A program made the translations under genes and the position numbers. From Vulcanimicrobiaceae bacterium (lineage in GTDB: Bacteria > Vulcanimicrobiota > Vulcanimicrobiia > Vulcanimicrobiales > Vulcanimicrobiaceae): a stretch of 16,829 nt of DNA. Below the pieces are notes generated by a model. It searched no databases. It was not told the origin of the DNA and was given only the letters and a program-made list of their open reading frames with translations. The first letter of the stretch is position 1; each line of letters begins with the position of its first letter. Of the stretch, positions 1 through 10,171 are shown piece by piece. The DNA lies in NCBI GenBank assembly GCA_046262595.1, contig JBHEMM010000031.1, positions 13,760 to 30,588 on the forward strand. Direction: 5' to 3'.

Positions 1-10
1 CCTGTGCTTC

Positions 11-1408
11 GTGGGAACGGCGCTGTGGGCGGCCAGAGCGCAGGGCGAGCTCCGAGCCGGCGACTTCGGCTACCGGCGCGTGGGCTTCGGACGCGGTCTT
101 GCCGCCCTGGTGCTGGCGCTTGGGTTCATCGCACTCGTCGCCGGCTTTTCCGTCGCGCTGCATCGCAACCCGCTGCAGATATTGACGCTGCAGTTCACGC
201 CCTCTCCGCAAGAATTATTCGCTAAGAACAACATTCTGGTTTTGGTTGAAGGCCTCGACTACGACTACAGCGCCAAAGATGAGGAGTATTCGGCGCGCGC
301 GCGCAGCGACGTCATCTGGGCGGTGAATTTGGAGTTTCCGACGCGGCGCATCTATCAGCTCTCGGTCCTGCGCGATATGGTCGCGACGTATCCCGACGGC
401 ACCGAGCGCAAAATCAACGAAGCGCAGTCGGACGGCGGCGTGCGCGAAGCGCAGCGCGTCATATCAAAGTGGCTGGGGATCCCCGGCTTCGAACGCTATA
501 TGGTTTTTCGCGTCGACACCACCAAGGATTTAATCGCGGCGCTGGGCGGCGTGGACGTGAATGTCATGAACTCCGATTGCATCTCGGCACCCAGGCACTG
601 CACGAACGGCCCGCTCGATTACGTTGACACGTGGGGCCATCTCAACATCCATCTCAAGCCGGGAGTGCAGCATTTGAACGGCGATCAAGCTGTCGGCTAT
701 ATGCGTTTCCGTCACGACTGGTGCGGGGATCCGTGCCGCGCTAAGCGCCAGCAGCAGGTGCTGCACGCGCTCTTGGATCGCCTCACGGGTGACAAGTTCA
801 ATACGCTCGTGCACGTGAACGATCTGATCGGCGTTTTGAATCGCGATATCGACACGAACTTCTCGCGCCAGGAGGAGTTGAGTCTGGCGAGCGCGTTTGC
901 CGGAATGCCGAAAAATGCGCTGCACACCGCGTCGGTGCCGTTCAGCAGCGAAGTGGTGCTTTCCGACGGAGGCAGCGCTATTGTTCCCGATACAGCTGCA
1001 CGCGCTCAACTGGTGCGGAACATGCTGCTGGATCCGCCCGTTCCTGTTGGAGCGCCCGACACCGCCGCGGCGGCCGCCGTCGATCCGCATTCCGTGCGCG
1101 TAGACGTCCAGAACGGATCGGGAACGCCGGGAGTTGCTCGGCGCGTTGCCGCCACGTTGCGGAAAGCCGGCTTCGCGATCGGTACAATCGGAAATGCCGC
1201 TCGCTCGGACTTGCCGACGAGCGAGGTGCGCGAGCACTCGAAGGTCGCGTTCGCCGGTTTGCGCGTGCGGCAGGCACTTGGGAAAACAGCTGCCGCGGTT
1301 CCCGTTTTGGCGGATCCTTGGCTGCCTGCCGGCGCGAGCGATGTCACCGTCGTCGTTGGCCAGGACCTCGCGGCCCGGTTTGCGCTCCAGACGTCCGCTT
1401 CGCCATGA
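11..1408 (+). CDS. LCP (LytR-CpsA-Psr) family glycopolymer transferase with C-terminal LytR_C domain; 5' end may lie upstream of the window
   Basis: N-terminal TM helix (LAALVLALGFIALVAGFSVAL); LCP motifs GLD, RSDVI, SVLRD, KINEA, LGGVDV, LNGDQAVGYMRFRH, GD..RAKRQQ; C-terminal VRVDVQNGSGTPGVARRVAATLRKAGF...DVTVVVGQD typical of LytR_C. The frame is open back to position 2, so GTG 11 is not a certain start. Confidence 0.9.
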   Translation: MGTALWAARAQGELRAGDFGYRRVGFGRGLAALVLALGFIALVAGFSVALHRNPLQILTLQFTPSPQELFAKNNILVLVEGLDYDYSAKDEEYSARARSDVIWAVNLEFPTRRIYQLSVLRDMVATYPDGTERKINEAQSDGGVREAQRVISKWLGIPGFERYMVFRVDTTKDLIAALGGVDVNVMNSDCISAPRHCTNGPLDYVDTWGHLNIHLKPGVQHLNGDQAVGYMRFRHDWCGDPCRAKRQQQVLHALLDRLTGDKFNTLVHVNDLIGVLNRDIDTNFSRQEELSLASAFAGMPKNALHTASVPFSSEVVLSDGGSAIVPDTAARAQLVRNMLLDPPVPVGAPDTAAAAAVDPHSVRVDVQNGSGTPGVARRVAATLRKAGFAIGTIGNAARSDLPTSEVREHSKVAFAGLRVRQALGKTAAAVPVLADPWLPAGASDVTVVVGQDLAARFALQTSASP

Positions 1409-2229
1409 AACGCGCCGCCGCAGTTGCGATGCTTCTCGTTGTTGCTGCCGCGATCGGCTACGGCGCATATCGCGTCGTCTATCATGAAGCGCACGTGCAG
1501 CCCGCCATCGTGACACCGCAAATGGATGCCCAGCAGGCGATCTCGCCATCTCTAGCCGGGCATATCAAACGGCTTTTAAACGAAAACGTCAGGTACGGCG
1601 ATCGCGCCGGGCGTCCGAAATTGATTGCGCTTACGTTCGACGATGGGCCGTATCCCGTTTTTACGCCGCTGCTGCTGGACGCGCTCCAGCGTTTGAACGT
1701 GCATGCCACGTTCTTCTTGATCGGCCGCGACGCGGAAGAATGGCCCGATCTCGCGCTGCGCATCGAGCGTTCCGGCAACGAGGTCGCCGATCACACCTAT
1801 ACGCACCCGAATTTAGATCAGGAAACTGCGGCGCAAGTGCGCGGCGAGATCGAGCTCGGCGGCAAAGTGCTCTACCGGTTGGTGCGCGATCCCGCCGTCT
1901 TCGGACTCTTCCGTCCGCCGCACGGCAGATACACGACGCAAACGATTAAGGTCGCTCAGTCACTGGGTTATAAGACCGTGCTCTGGAACGATGACGCCGG
2001 CGACTGGCGTCCAGCCAGTACCGCGCCGGCGCTTGCGGAGCATTTAGAGCAGCATGCCACTGCGCCTGAGATCGTGCTGCTTCACAGCGGCAGGCTGGCC
2101 ACGATCGAGATGCTGCCCGAAGTGGTCGCGCGCTTTCGGGCCGCCGGATATACTTTCGTTACCGTCAGCCAGCTGCTGGCCGCCGTTAAACCGCCCGAAT
2201 TGAACCATCCGGCCAAACACGCCGTTTAA
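1405..2229 (+). CDS. Polysaccharide deacetylase (CE4/NodB homology), N-terminally anchored or exported, 274 aa
   Basis: ATG 1405 overlaps the LCP stop (ATGA) and begins a hydrophobic MKRAAAVAMLLVVAAAIGYGAY segment; CE4 motifs LTFDDGP, HTYTHP, FRPPHG, DAGDW, IVLLH. Confidence 0.92.
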   Translation: MKRAAAVAMLLVVAAAIGYGAYRVVYHEAHVQPAIVTPQMDAQQAISPSLAGHIKRLLNENVRYGDRAGRPKLIALTFDDGPYPVFTPLLLDALQRLNVHATFFLIGRDAEEWPDLALRIERSGNEVADHTYTHPNLDQETAAQVRGEIELGGKVLYRLVRDPAVFGLFRPPHGRYTTQTIKVAQSLGYKTVLWNDDAGDWRPASTAPALAEHLEQHATAPEIVLLHSGRLATIEMLPEVVARFRAAGYTFVTVSQLLAAVKPPELNHPAKHAV

Positions 2230-2241
2230 GGAGCAGAGAAG

Positions 2242-2400
2242 TTGCCTCGCGAGATCATCGACACGCAGTCGAGCCGCCCTCGATACGTCCGGCGCATGCT
2301 CCTGCGGGCGGCGGGCCTGCTCGTGTTCCTGCTCCTGGCGGCGCTTGTCATTTTTTGGGCCTATGGGCACCTCGCTCACCAAGCCATCCCAGGAAAGTGA
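2242..2400 (+). CDS. Small single-pass membrane protein, 52 aa (MPREIIDTQSSRPRYVRRMLLRAAGLLVFLLLAALVIFWAYGHLAHQAIPGK), absent from the ORF track
   Basis: AAGGAG at 2228-2233 lies 8 nt before TTG 2242; frame open to TGA 2398-2400; Arg-rich segment followed by a ~19-residue hydrophobic helix; fills most of the gap between two same-strand genes. Confidence 0.7.
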   Translation: MPREIIDTQSSRPRYVRRMLLRAAGLLVFLLLAALVIFWAYGHLAHQAIPGK

Positions 2401-2466
2401 TCTACGGTAAGTGTATCCTGGCAACCGAGTAACCCCGGACATCCCCGGGAGTCCCAAGGAGTATCG

Positions 2467-3582
2467 ATGCTGGCTCGCCTGACCCCCGGATTCTTTTTGC
2501 TTGCTCTCGCGGCCGCCGTTGCGGCGTGCAGCTCGAACCAAACGTCCACCCCTTCGAGCGGCGGCGTGCCCGGTATCGGCCCGAACTTCCCGACGAACAC
2601 CGTCTACGTTGCCGACACGACGGGCGAAGTTATCGATATCTTCGCGGTGAACCCGGCGACGGGCGCCGTGCCCCAGTACGCAATCTCCGGATCCAACACG
2701 GCGATGAACGGTCCGCAATATTTGGCATTCGGTTCGAACAAGAATCTCTACGTGACGAACTATAACGCCGCGCAGTCCACCTCGAGCATTCTGCAATTCG
2801 CCACCTATGCGACGGGCAACGTGCTGCCGGTCAACACCTTCGCGTTGGGATCGAACGAGCATCCGCGCGGCATCGGCATGCTGCCCGGCTTAGAGAACTT
2901 CGCCGTCGCCGTCACCAACCCAGGCAACGTTTTCAGCGACCAGCTGCTCATTTACGACAACGGCTTGCTCACTACCGACATCGCCGGCTCCAACACGCTG
3001 CTCAACGTGCCGTCCGGCGTCGCCGTCAAAGGCGGTAATAGCATTTACGTTGCGGACAGCGGTTCGGCGGCCGTGACCGTTTATCTCACACCTTCGCCCG
3101 GTCCCTCACCTACGGTCACGCCGGCGCCCGTTGCGACCCCGACCGCCACCCCCACGCCGGTGGGCGCAACTCCCTCACCAACCGCAACGCCGGCACCCAG
3201 CTCCGACAATATTGCGCCCGTAACCGTCGTCACGGGACCCGCAACGACGCTTTCGGCTCCGATGGGCGTCGCGCTCGATAGCGCGGGCAATCTTTACGTC
3301 GCCGATGCCGGGGCGCCGGCAGCGCGCATTCTCGTGTTTGCTGCGCCCGGGCCTGGCGTGCAGAACGTTGCGCCGATACGCTCCATTACGAGCGCCTCGC
3401 TGATCGATCCGATGGACGTGAAGGTTGATGCGGCCGGCCTGATCTACGTCGTCGATCGCGGTGCGTCTCCCAGCGGAAGCAGCAAGTTGCTGGTCTTCTC
3501 GGCAACGGCGAACGGTCTCTCAACGCCGCAGGCGGACGTCGCGCTATCGGGAGCGGATACCGGCCTGGCTTTATCGCCGTAG
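2467..3582 (+). CDS. Lipoprotein with NHL-like/beta-propeller repeats and an internal Pro/Thr-rich insert
   Basis: SD AAGGAG at 2456-2461; signal peptide with lipobox VAAC (Cys21); repeated blades such as GPQYLAFGSNKNLYVTN, PSGVAVKGGNSIYVADS, PMGVALDSAGNLYVADA, PMDVKVDAAGLIYVVDR. Confidence 0.8.
   Translation: MLARLTPGFFLLALAAAVAACSSNQTSTPSSGGVPGIGPNFPTNTVYVADTTGEVIDIFAVNPATGAVPQYAISGSNTAMNGPQYLAFGSNKNLYVTNYNAAQSTSSILQFATYATGNVLPVNTFALGSNEHPRGIGMLPGLENFAVAVTNPGNVFSDQLLIYDNGLLTTDIAGSNTLLNVPSGVAVKGGNSIYVADSGSAAVTVYLTPSPGPSPTVTPAPVATPTATPTPVGATPSPTATPAPSSDNIAPVTVVTGPATTLSAPMGVALDSAGNLYVADAGAPAARILVFAAPGPGVQNVAPIRSITSASLIDPMDVKVDAAGLIYVVDRGASPSGSSKLLVFSATANGLSTPQADVALSGADTGLALSP
3088..3201 (+). 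repeat. Pro/Thr-rich low-complexity coding tract (TPSPGPSPTVTPAPVATPTATPTPVGATPSPTATPAPS)
   Basis: Read directly from the translation; degenerate at DNA level. Confidence 0.85.
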
Positions 3583-3587
3583 CGCGC

Positions 3588-5750
3588 ATGTCGACAAGCG
3601 TGGCGCCGGGCCGTTTCGCGCTGCTCACGCAGTTGCCGCTGTTGCCCTCGCTCGAAGAAAAAACCGCGGCGCTCGTTCAAGCCGCCTACGCGACCGTCGC
3701 CTGCAGGAGCGCGACGGTCGTCGTCTTTGGCGAGGACGGCACGCAATACGCGCACGCGCCGGAGGCGGCCGGTTTTTCGCTGCGCGATGCTTCGCGGCCC
3801 CTCGGGCGCCTATTGCTGCCTTCGCTGGCGAAGTTCGCGCGCGGCGGATGCTACTACGTCCCGCAAGACGATGCCGGCGCGCTCGCGGCCGTGACGCAAT
3901 ACCGGCCCCGCGCCGATCTGTTGGTCGTACCGCTGGAGACGCAGAGCGCATCTATCGGAGCGATCGTTTTCGATCTTGAAGCGGCGCCGGGCGAAAGCGC
4001 GTTGCGCGAGCTGCGCACCTTCGCCGATATCGCTGCCTGGATGCTTGCACGGGAGCGTGAAACCTCCGCCGCCGAGCGTGAATCCAAACAAAGCGCATTG
4101 CTTGCGCAGATCAACGAACGTGCCGGCAAGTCGTTCGACCGCCAGAGCATCTTGGAATCGGTCGTCGAGGACGTGCGCCGCTCGTTCGGCGCGATGCGCT
4201 GCGTGATCTTCGGGCGCGCGCCGTCCTCGCCGGAATTCGCGCTGGTTCTCGCGTTTGCGGAAAGCGCGGAAGCGGAACATGGTATTCCGGCGCGCGTGTG
4301 CGTGAACGAGACGTGGTTGGAACGCGCGTTCGCGGGCTCGGTCGTCAGCCGCGAATCGGTCGGCGCGGACAACCCGCGCGATGAACTGCTGCGCGCGGCG
4401 GGGGCGCGCAGCGCGGTCCTGGTTCCGCTTGTGATCGAGGGCCGCGTGGATCACGCAATCGCTATTCACTCCGCGCACAGCAACGCGTTCGACGAGATCG
4501 ATATGGTGATGCTGCGGTCCGTCGCCTCGCATGTCGGCCTCGCGCTTGCGAACGTTCAACTGTACGATCTCGAGCGCATGCGGCGCGGGCGCGCGGAATC
4601 ACTGGAGCGTGTCGTGCGCATGCTGCGCGACACGCAAACGATCGAAGAAGTGCTGCTGGTCTTCGCGGTTACCGTCTCACACGAAGTGGAGCTCACGTGC
4701 GCGGCCTACGCGTTCGAGGGCGGCTCGGGCGTGCGCCGTGCGGTGCGCGCCGTTGAGAGTGCTCGCTTAGGTCCACCGGAAAAGATCGATGCGGCGCCGG
4801 TAATGCGCGTGCTGGAAAGCGAGGACATCGTGCAGAGCGGCGCGATTCCGCCCGCCGCCCGCTTCCCGCTTTTCGGCGGCAATGAGGGGCTGATGGCCTC
4901 GCTGCGTATCGACGGCCATCTCTGGGGCCTGGTCACGTTTTCGGCGCCTCCGGGCGTTTACGATTGGGACGACTCCGAACGCCGCGTGTATTTCCGTATG
5001 CTTGCCTCGCATCTGGAATTGGCGCTCTCGGGCGCGTTGGGCTTCGAACGGGTGCAGCACTTGGCGCGCGCGCTTTCGGAAAGCAACGAATTCAAAGACG
5101 ACCTGCTTGCCATGCTGGCGCACGACTTTAAAGGGCCGCTCACGGTCATTTTGGGCTATTGTGAGGTGCTGCTCGAAAACGCGCCGCCGCAGATCCAGGA
5201 AGAACTCGAAACGATCTACTCGCAGACAAAGCGTCTCGTGCGGCTCGCCGAAGACGCCGTCGCACTCGCCCAAACGCAGGCGGGCGGGTTTTCCCTTTCG
5301 CGCGCCGTAGTGGATCTGCGCGAGGTTGTGGCCGCAAGCGTCAAGGCGCACAACCGCGGCAGCCGAGGGCGGATACGTCTGCACTGCGCGGCGGAGCCGG
5401 TGCGTGTTTCGCTGGACAGCTCGCGGTTCAATCATGTGCTCGATAACCTGCTGATGAACGCCCTGAAGTACTCGCGCGGCGACATTGCCGTCGAGGTGAG
5501 CCAGGGCGGCACCCTTGCAAACATAACGATCCGCGATCGCGGCATCGGCATCCCGCAAGCCGAGTTGGCAACGGTCTTTGTGCGTTTCGGCCGTGCGACC
5601 AATGCGCGCCGTAAGGGTATCTCCGGTTCGGGCGTTGGCCTGTACGTGAGCCGAAAGATTGTCGAAGTGCACGGCGGGAGCATCGCGGTCCAGTCGGTGG
5701 AAGCCGAAGGCAGCACATTCACGGTGACGCTCCCCTTGGAGAAACGGTAA
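3588..5750 (+). CDS. Soluble sensor histidine kinase with up to three GAF-like input domains (HisKA + HATPase)
   Basis: H-box [19 protein letters not shown]-box [13 protein letters not shown]1 [10 protein letters not shown]2 [11 protein letters not shown]-type strings LLVVPL...[14 protein letters not shown]...[33 protein letters not shown]; no evident TM helix. Confidence 0.92.
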   Translation: MSTSVAPGRFALLTQLPLLPSLEEKTAALVQAAYATVACRSATVVVFGEDGTQYAHAPEAAGFSLRDASRPLGRLLLPSLAKFARGGCYYVPQDDAGALAAVTQYRPRADLLVVPLETQSASIGAIVFDLEAAPGESALRELRTFADIAAWMLARERETSAAERESKQSALLAQINERAGKSFDRQSILESVVEDVRRSFGAMRCVIFGRAPSSPEFALVLAFAESAEAEHGIPARVCVNETWLERAFAGSVVSRESVGADNPRDELLRAAGARSAVLVPLVIEGRVDHAIAIHSAHSNAFDEIDMVMLRSVASHVGLALANVQLYDLERMRRGRAESLERVVRMLRDTQTIEEVLLVFAVTVSHEVELTCAAYAFEGGSGVRRAVRAVESARLGPPEKIDAAPVMRVLESEDIVQSGAIPPAARFPLFGGNEGLMASLRIDGHLWGLVTFSAPPGVYDWDDSERRVYFRMLASHLELALSGALGFERVQHLARALSESNEFKDDLLAMLAHDFKGPLTVILGYCEVLLENAPPQIQEELETIYSQTKRLVRLAEDAVALAQTQAGGFSLSRAVVDLREVVAASVKAHNRGSRGRIRLHCAAEPVRVSLDSSRFNHVLDNLLMNALKYSRGDIAVEVSQGGTLANITIRDRGIGIPQAELATVFVRFGRATNARRKGISGSGVGLYVSRKIVEVHGGSIAVQSVEAEGSTFTVTLPLEKR

Positions 5751-8365
5751 TGGCATTCCTTAAATCGATTTTTGACGGCAACGAACGCGAAGTGGTCCGC
5801 CTGCGCCGGACCGCGGAGAAAGTGAACGCGCTCGAACCGCAGATGTCACAACTCTCCTCCGAAGAACTGGCCGCAAAGACGCCCGAGTTTCGCGCCCGCC
5901 TTGAAAAAGGCGAGCCGCTCGACGCGATGCTTGCCGAAGTGTTTGCCGTCGTGCGTGAGGCCGGAAAACGCGCGGTGGGCATGCGCCATTTCGACGTGCA
6001 GATCATGGGCGGACAAGTGCTTTACGAAGGCCGCATCGCCGAAATGAAAACCGGCGAAGGCAAGACGCTGGTTGCCACGCTGCCGGTCTACGCCAGGGCG
6101 TTAGAGAATCACGGCGTGCACGTCGTCACGGTGAACGACTATCTGGCGCGGCGCGACGCAGAGTGGATGGGCCCGATTTACGAGGCGCTGGGGTTGAAAG
6201 TGGGCATCGTCCAACACGATTTGGCGCCCGAGCAGCGGCGCGAAGCGTACAACTGCGACGTCACATACGTCACGAACAACGAAGTCGGCTTCGATTACCT
6301 TCGCGACAACATGGCGTGGCGCGTGGAAGACATGGTGCAGCGCGAACTTTACTTCGCGCTGGTCGATGAAGTCGACTCCATTCTTGTGGACGAGGCGCGC
6401 ACGCCGCTCATCATCAGCGGGCAAGGCACCGAGCCGACCGAGCTATACGAGAAGTTCGCGCAGATTGTGCCGCGCCTCAAGAACGACGACGACTTCACCG
6501 TCGATCAAAAAGCGCACGCGGTGCCCATTACGGAAGCCGGCGTTGCGAAGGTCGAGAAGATGCTCGGCATCCAAAACCTGTACGATCAACGCAACATCGA
6601 ACTGGCGCATCAACTGAACGCCGCGCTCAAAGCCTGGAACCTCTTCCACCGCGACCAGCAGTACATCGTTAAGGAAGGCGAAGTGGTCATCGTGGACGAG
6701 TTCACCGGCCGCCTGATGTACGGACGCCGCTACTCCGACGGCATTCACCAGGCGATTGAAGCCAAAGAAGGCATCAAGGTGCGCAGCGAAGACCAGACGC
6801 TGGCAACGATCACGTTCCAGAACTACTTTCGTCTGTACGACAAGCTGGCCGGCATGACGGGCACAGCGAAAACGGAAGAGCGCGAATTCCGCGACATCTA
6901 CGGCTTGGACGTCGTGGTCATTCCGACAAACCAGCCGATGGTGCGCAAAGACGCTTCGGACATCGTTTTCAAAAGCGAAAAGGCGAAGTTCGATTCCGTT
7001 GTGGACGAGATTATTGCCGAACACCAGAAGAACCGCCCCGTTCTCGTCGGCACGCGTTCCATCGAGAAGTCGGAGTTGCTCGCCTCGCTCTTGCGGCGCA
7101 AAGGCGTCGAATGCAACGTTCTGAACGCGAAGTATCACGAGCAGGAAGCGGAGATCATCAAAGACGCCGGACAGCCCGGGCAAGTCACGATTGCGACGAA
7201 TATGGCGGGGCGCGGCACCGATATCAAACTCGGCGAGGGTGTCGCCGCGATCGGCGGCCTTGCGATCATCGGCACGGAGCGTCACGAGTCGCGGCGCATC
7301 GACAATCAGCTGCGCGGCCGCTCCGGCCGGCAAGGCGATCCCGGGTCCACGCGTTTTTACGTTTCGCTCGAAGACGAAGTGATGCGCCTGTTCGGCGGCG
7401 AGCGCATGAACAACATCATGGAGCGCGTCGGATTCACGGACGAGGCGCCGATCGAATCGGGGCTCGTGACCAAGTCGCTCGAACGCGCGCAAAGCAAAGT
7501 CGAAGCGCACAACTACGAGATCCGCAAACACGTGCTCGAGTACGACGACGTCATGAACAAGCAGCGCGAAGTCATCTACGGCGACCGGCGCGCCATTCTG
7601 CACGGCGAGTTCGATTCGCGCGAATTCATGCTTCAGACGCTTGAGGCGAAGGTCGAGAGCGCCGTTCAAGAAAACGCTCCCGAAAACGCCAATCCCGCCG
7701 ACTGGGATCTGGAAGAGATGCTTGCGCAGCTCGAACTGATTTTTCCGGTCGGGCAAAAAGTCGGCGTCGCGGACTTGGAAAAACTCAGCCGCGACGAAAT
7801 ACGCCGCACGCTTCTGGACGCCGCGGTGGCCGCGTACGAAGCGAAGGAAGCCGAGATAACGCCGGAGATTTTGCGGGTGGTGGAGCAGCAGTACTTGCTG
7901 CTACCGATCATCGACCGCATGTGGGTCGACCATCTTTACGTCATGGATCACCTCAAGACGGGCATCGGCTTGCGCGGCTACGGACAGATCGATCCGCGCG
8001 TCGAATACGAAAAAGAAGCGTACAGCATCTTCGAAGATCTCAAGAGCAACATTGCGGACGAGGCGATCAAGGGCGTGTTCCGCGTCGTCATCGAACACGG
8101 CGCGCCCGGTGAAATGCAGCAGGTTCCCGTCAATCCCGGCGCGCCCGTCTTCGAGCCCATTCCGGGCGGCCAGATGCTCCCGCAAGCCGCGCCCGCGCTT
8201 ACGCCGCTGCCGCCGGCGCGCGGACCACGCAACGTGCACACGAACCGCGATGGCGAAGAACCGGCAAAACCGGCGCAGCGCGCGGAGGCGAAGGTCGGAC
8301 GCAACGATCTTTGTCCGTGCGGGAGCGGCAAGAAGTTCAAGAAGTGTCACGGCGCGGCGGCCTAG
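5750..8365 (+). CDS. secA: Preprotein translocase ATPase subunit SecA
   Basis: EMKTGEGKT Walker [75 protein letters not shown]-terminal metal-binding motif [19 protein letters not shown]; start overlaps the kinase stop (TAATG). Confidence 0.99.
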   Translation: MAFLKSIFDGNEREVVRLRRTAEKVNALEPQMSQLSSEELAAKTPEFRARLEKGEPLDAMLAEVFAVVREAGKRAVGMRHFDVQIMGGQVLYEGRIAEMKTGEGKTLVATLPVYARALENHGVHVVTVNDYLARRDAEWMGPIYEALGLKVGIVQHDLAPEQRREAYNCDVTYVTNNEVGFDYLRDNMAWRVEDMVQRELYFALVDEVDSILVDEARTPLIISGQGTEPTELYEKFAQIVPRLKNDDDFTVDQKAHAVPITEAGVAKVEKMLGIQNLYDQRNIELAHQLNAALKAWNLFHRDQQYIVKEGEVVIVDEFTGRLMYGRRYSDGIHQAIEAKEGIKVRSEDQTLATITFQNYFRLYDKLAGMTGTAKTEEREFRDIYGLDVVVIPTNQPMVRKDASDIVFKSEKAKFDSVVDEIIAEHQKNRPVLVGTRSIEKSELLASLLRRKGVECNVLNAKYHEQEAEIIKDAGQPGQVTIATNMAGRGTDIKLGEGVAAIGGLAIIGTERHESRRIDNQLRGRSGRQGDPGSTRFYVSLEDEVMRLFGGERMNNIMERVGFTDEAPIESGLVTKSLERAQSKVEAHNYEIRKHVLEYDDVMNKQREVIYGDRRAILHGEFDSREFMLQTLEAKVESAVQENAPENANPADWDLEEMLAQLELIFPVGQKVGVADLEKLSRDEIRRTLLDAAVAAYEAKEAEITPEILRVVEQQYLLLPIIDRMWVDHLYVMDHLKTGIGLRGYGQIDPRVEYEKEAYSIFEDLKSNIADEAIKGVFRVVIEHGAPGEMQQVPVNPGAPVFEPIPGGQMLPQAAPALTPLPPARGPRNVHTNRDGEEPAKPAQRAEAKVGRNDLCPCGSGKKFKKCHGAAA

Positions 8366-9462
8366 CGTATCTTGCGGTTTTCCTGTTCGCGCTCGCGATG
8401 CTGTTCGCGGGCTCGTTGCGCCATCCGGTTTACACCCCTGACGGCCTAGTTTACGCGCGTTTCGCGGCGAGGGACGCGGGGCGCACGCCCGAACGCGCAA
8501 CGCTTGACGCGCGCGCGTTCTATGAGAACACGCCGCTCATGCAATCGCCGCGTTATCGCAATTTGGTGGAGATCTCTACGGCGGTGGCCTTCGAGCGGTC
8601 GCAGATTTTTGCAAACCGCGTGCTCTATCCCGCACTTGCCGGCGCGCTGATGCCGCTTGCCGGGTTCCGCGCGCTGTTCGTGGTTTCCGCGCTTTCCTAT
8701 GTCGCGTTCGCGTTTGCGCTGCTCTGGCTGCTCGTCGCGCTGGGCCGCTCCTGGCTTGCCCTGCTGTTGACGCTTGCAGCGCTTGCGTGTCCGCTTGCGC
8801 GCACGTCGTCGGCGAGCGATCTCACCGACATGCTCGCCCTCGCGCTGTGGACGCTTGCGCTCGGCGCGCTGCTGCGCTCGATGGTCCGCGGCCGTTCGAA
8901 CGCGCTGCTTGCCGTTCTGGCGATCGCATCCGTGCTGCTCGTTCTGACGCGCCCGACGCCGTATCTCATTCTGCTTCCCGCCCTCGCCGCCGCCCTCTTA
9001 CGCGGAATGTGGATGGAGCTGGCCGCATCGGCTTTGTCGCTCCCGGTTTTTGCTGCCGCCGCGGCCGCCTCGCGCGCATTCGGCGTGAGCGAGCAGCTGC
9101 GCTGGATTTACGCGAACGAGCCGCAGCACGCGCGGGGAACGCTCGCTCAGTGGTATCGCGGCGCGCTTGCCGCAACGATCCGCAGCGCGCTTGCGATCGC
9201 GGTCCGTTCTATCGCTCCGGTGGTCGCCGTCATCGCTGCCGCGTACGCCGTGATGCGAACGGCGCTGCGCGACGAAGCGTGGGTCCTGATCGCGGCGGCT
9301 GCGGCGTGCGTGCTCTCGCTTGCGGTTAATCCCGTTCCGTCCCAAATACCGCGCGTGGTGGGATTGCCGCTCCTTCCCGTTTTCTGTGCCCTTTTCCAAT
9401 GTGCGTTTGCGCCGCCGCGGGCAGATCGCCGCCGAGCCGTACGTGCTGCGCATGCACGCTGA
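8344..9462 (+). CDS. Polytopic membrane protein, putative GT-C-fold (ArnT/PMT-like) glycosyltransferase; start uncertain (GTG 8344 preferred over TTG 8311)
   Basis: Roughly 9-11 hydrophobic segments; first TM followed by a loop with TPDGLVY; later RVLYPAL, LTDMLAL and LTRP motifs resemble GT-C proteins. Family call is by resemblance only. Confidence 0.55.
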   Translation: MSRRGGLAYLAVFLFALAMLFAGSLRHPVYTPDGLVYARFAARDAGRTPERATLDARAFYENTPLMQSPRYRNLVEISTAVAFERSQIFANRVLYPALAGALMPLAGFRALFVVSALSYVAFAFALLWLLVALGRSWLALLLTLAALACPLARTSSASDLTDMLALALWTLALGALLRSMVRGRSNALLAVLAIASVLLVLTRPTPYLILLPALAAALLRGMWMELAASALSLPVFAAAAAASRAFGVSEQLRWIYANEPQHARGTLAQWYRGALAATIRSALAIAVRSIAPVVAVIAAAYAVMRTALRDEAWVLIAAAAACVLSLAVNPVPSQIPRVVGLPLLPVFCALFQCAFAPPRADRRRAVRAAHAR

Positions 9463-10171
9463 CGTCGACGCCGTGTCCGTTGTCGCCCATGATCGTGGTG
9501 ATGAGCCCGCCGCGCGCGTTCCGCTCCGTAACCGTTAGCGAACCGTCCCGGCCGCGCTGAACCGACTCGCCGTTGCCCAAGTCCCGGCTCTGACCGCGCT
9601 GCAGCGAGAATGTTGTGCCGTCGCGCAGGATGGTCGCGTTGCCGTCTTTGTCCAGACTGACTTGCGTGTTGCCATAAGCGGTGGAAACGGTCGCGCTCTG
9701 GTTGTACGTGATGCCGCTTGCGTCCGGCGCCGTGGTCTGCGTCGAAACGCAGTAGCCGCCCGCGAACGAATTCGAATCGAGCAAATCTTGGTGAGCGGAC
9801 ATGCTGTCGAAAGCGGTCTGCTCCGTGCCCTGCGCGTTCTGTCCGGTGAAACACAGGTGCGGATCGCCTTGGGAGGCGGCATCGGCGCTTTGGAAATACG
9901 ACTCGCCGGAGTTCGTGCCGCCGGAGTTTGCGCCGCCGAAGTTTGAAAGAAACTGCTGGAGCATGCAGAGCAGTTGCTGCAGCATACCCCCGTTGTTACT
10001 TGCCGGGCCGTCCATTCCGGCGCTCCATTGCGGCGTCGCCGACGGCTGTACGGAATCACCGCCAAGGGGCGAGATCCGCTCGTTTCGCGCCATGCCCGCA
10101 CCGGCTGCCGGCATGCCGTCGTTTGAAAGCGCGGCGGCCGCAAAAAGCGTGCGGTCTTGAACGTTCGTCAT
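9326..10171 (-). CDS. Hypothetical protein, 281 aa: Gly/Ser/Ala-rich N-terminus, amphipathic MLQQLLCMLQQFLSNFGG helix, GDPH motif, beta-rich C-terminal domain
   Basis: ATG at 10171 preceded by GGAGG (ggaggcaccATG on the minus strand); the longer track ORF from 10603 overlaps prfB antisense and its extra part is Arg-rich shadow sequence; GDPH at residues 102-105 (nt 9857-9868). Confidence 0.8.
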   Translation of the reverse strand: MTNVQDRTLFAAAALSNDGMPAAGAGMARNERISPLGGDSVQPSATPQWSAGMDGPASNNGGMLQQLLCMLQQFLSNFGGANSGGTNSGESYFQSADAASQGDPHLCFTGQNAQGTEQTAFDSMSAHQDLLDSNSFAGGYCVSTQTTAPDASGITYNQSATVSTAYGNTQVSLDKDGNATILRDGTTFSLQRGQSRDLGNGESVQRGRDGSLTVTERNARGGLITTIMGDNGHGVDVSVHAQHVRLGGDLPAAAQTHIGKGHRKREGAAIPPRAVFGTERD

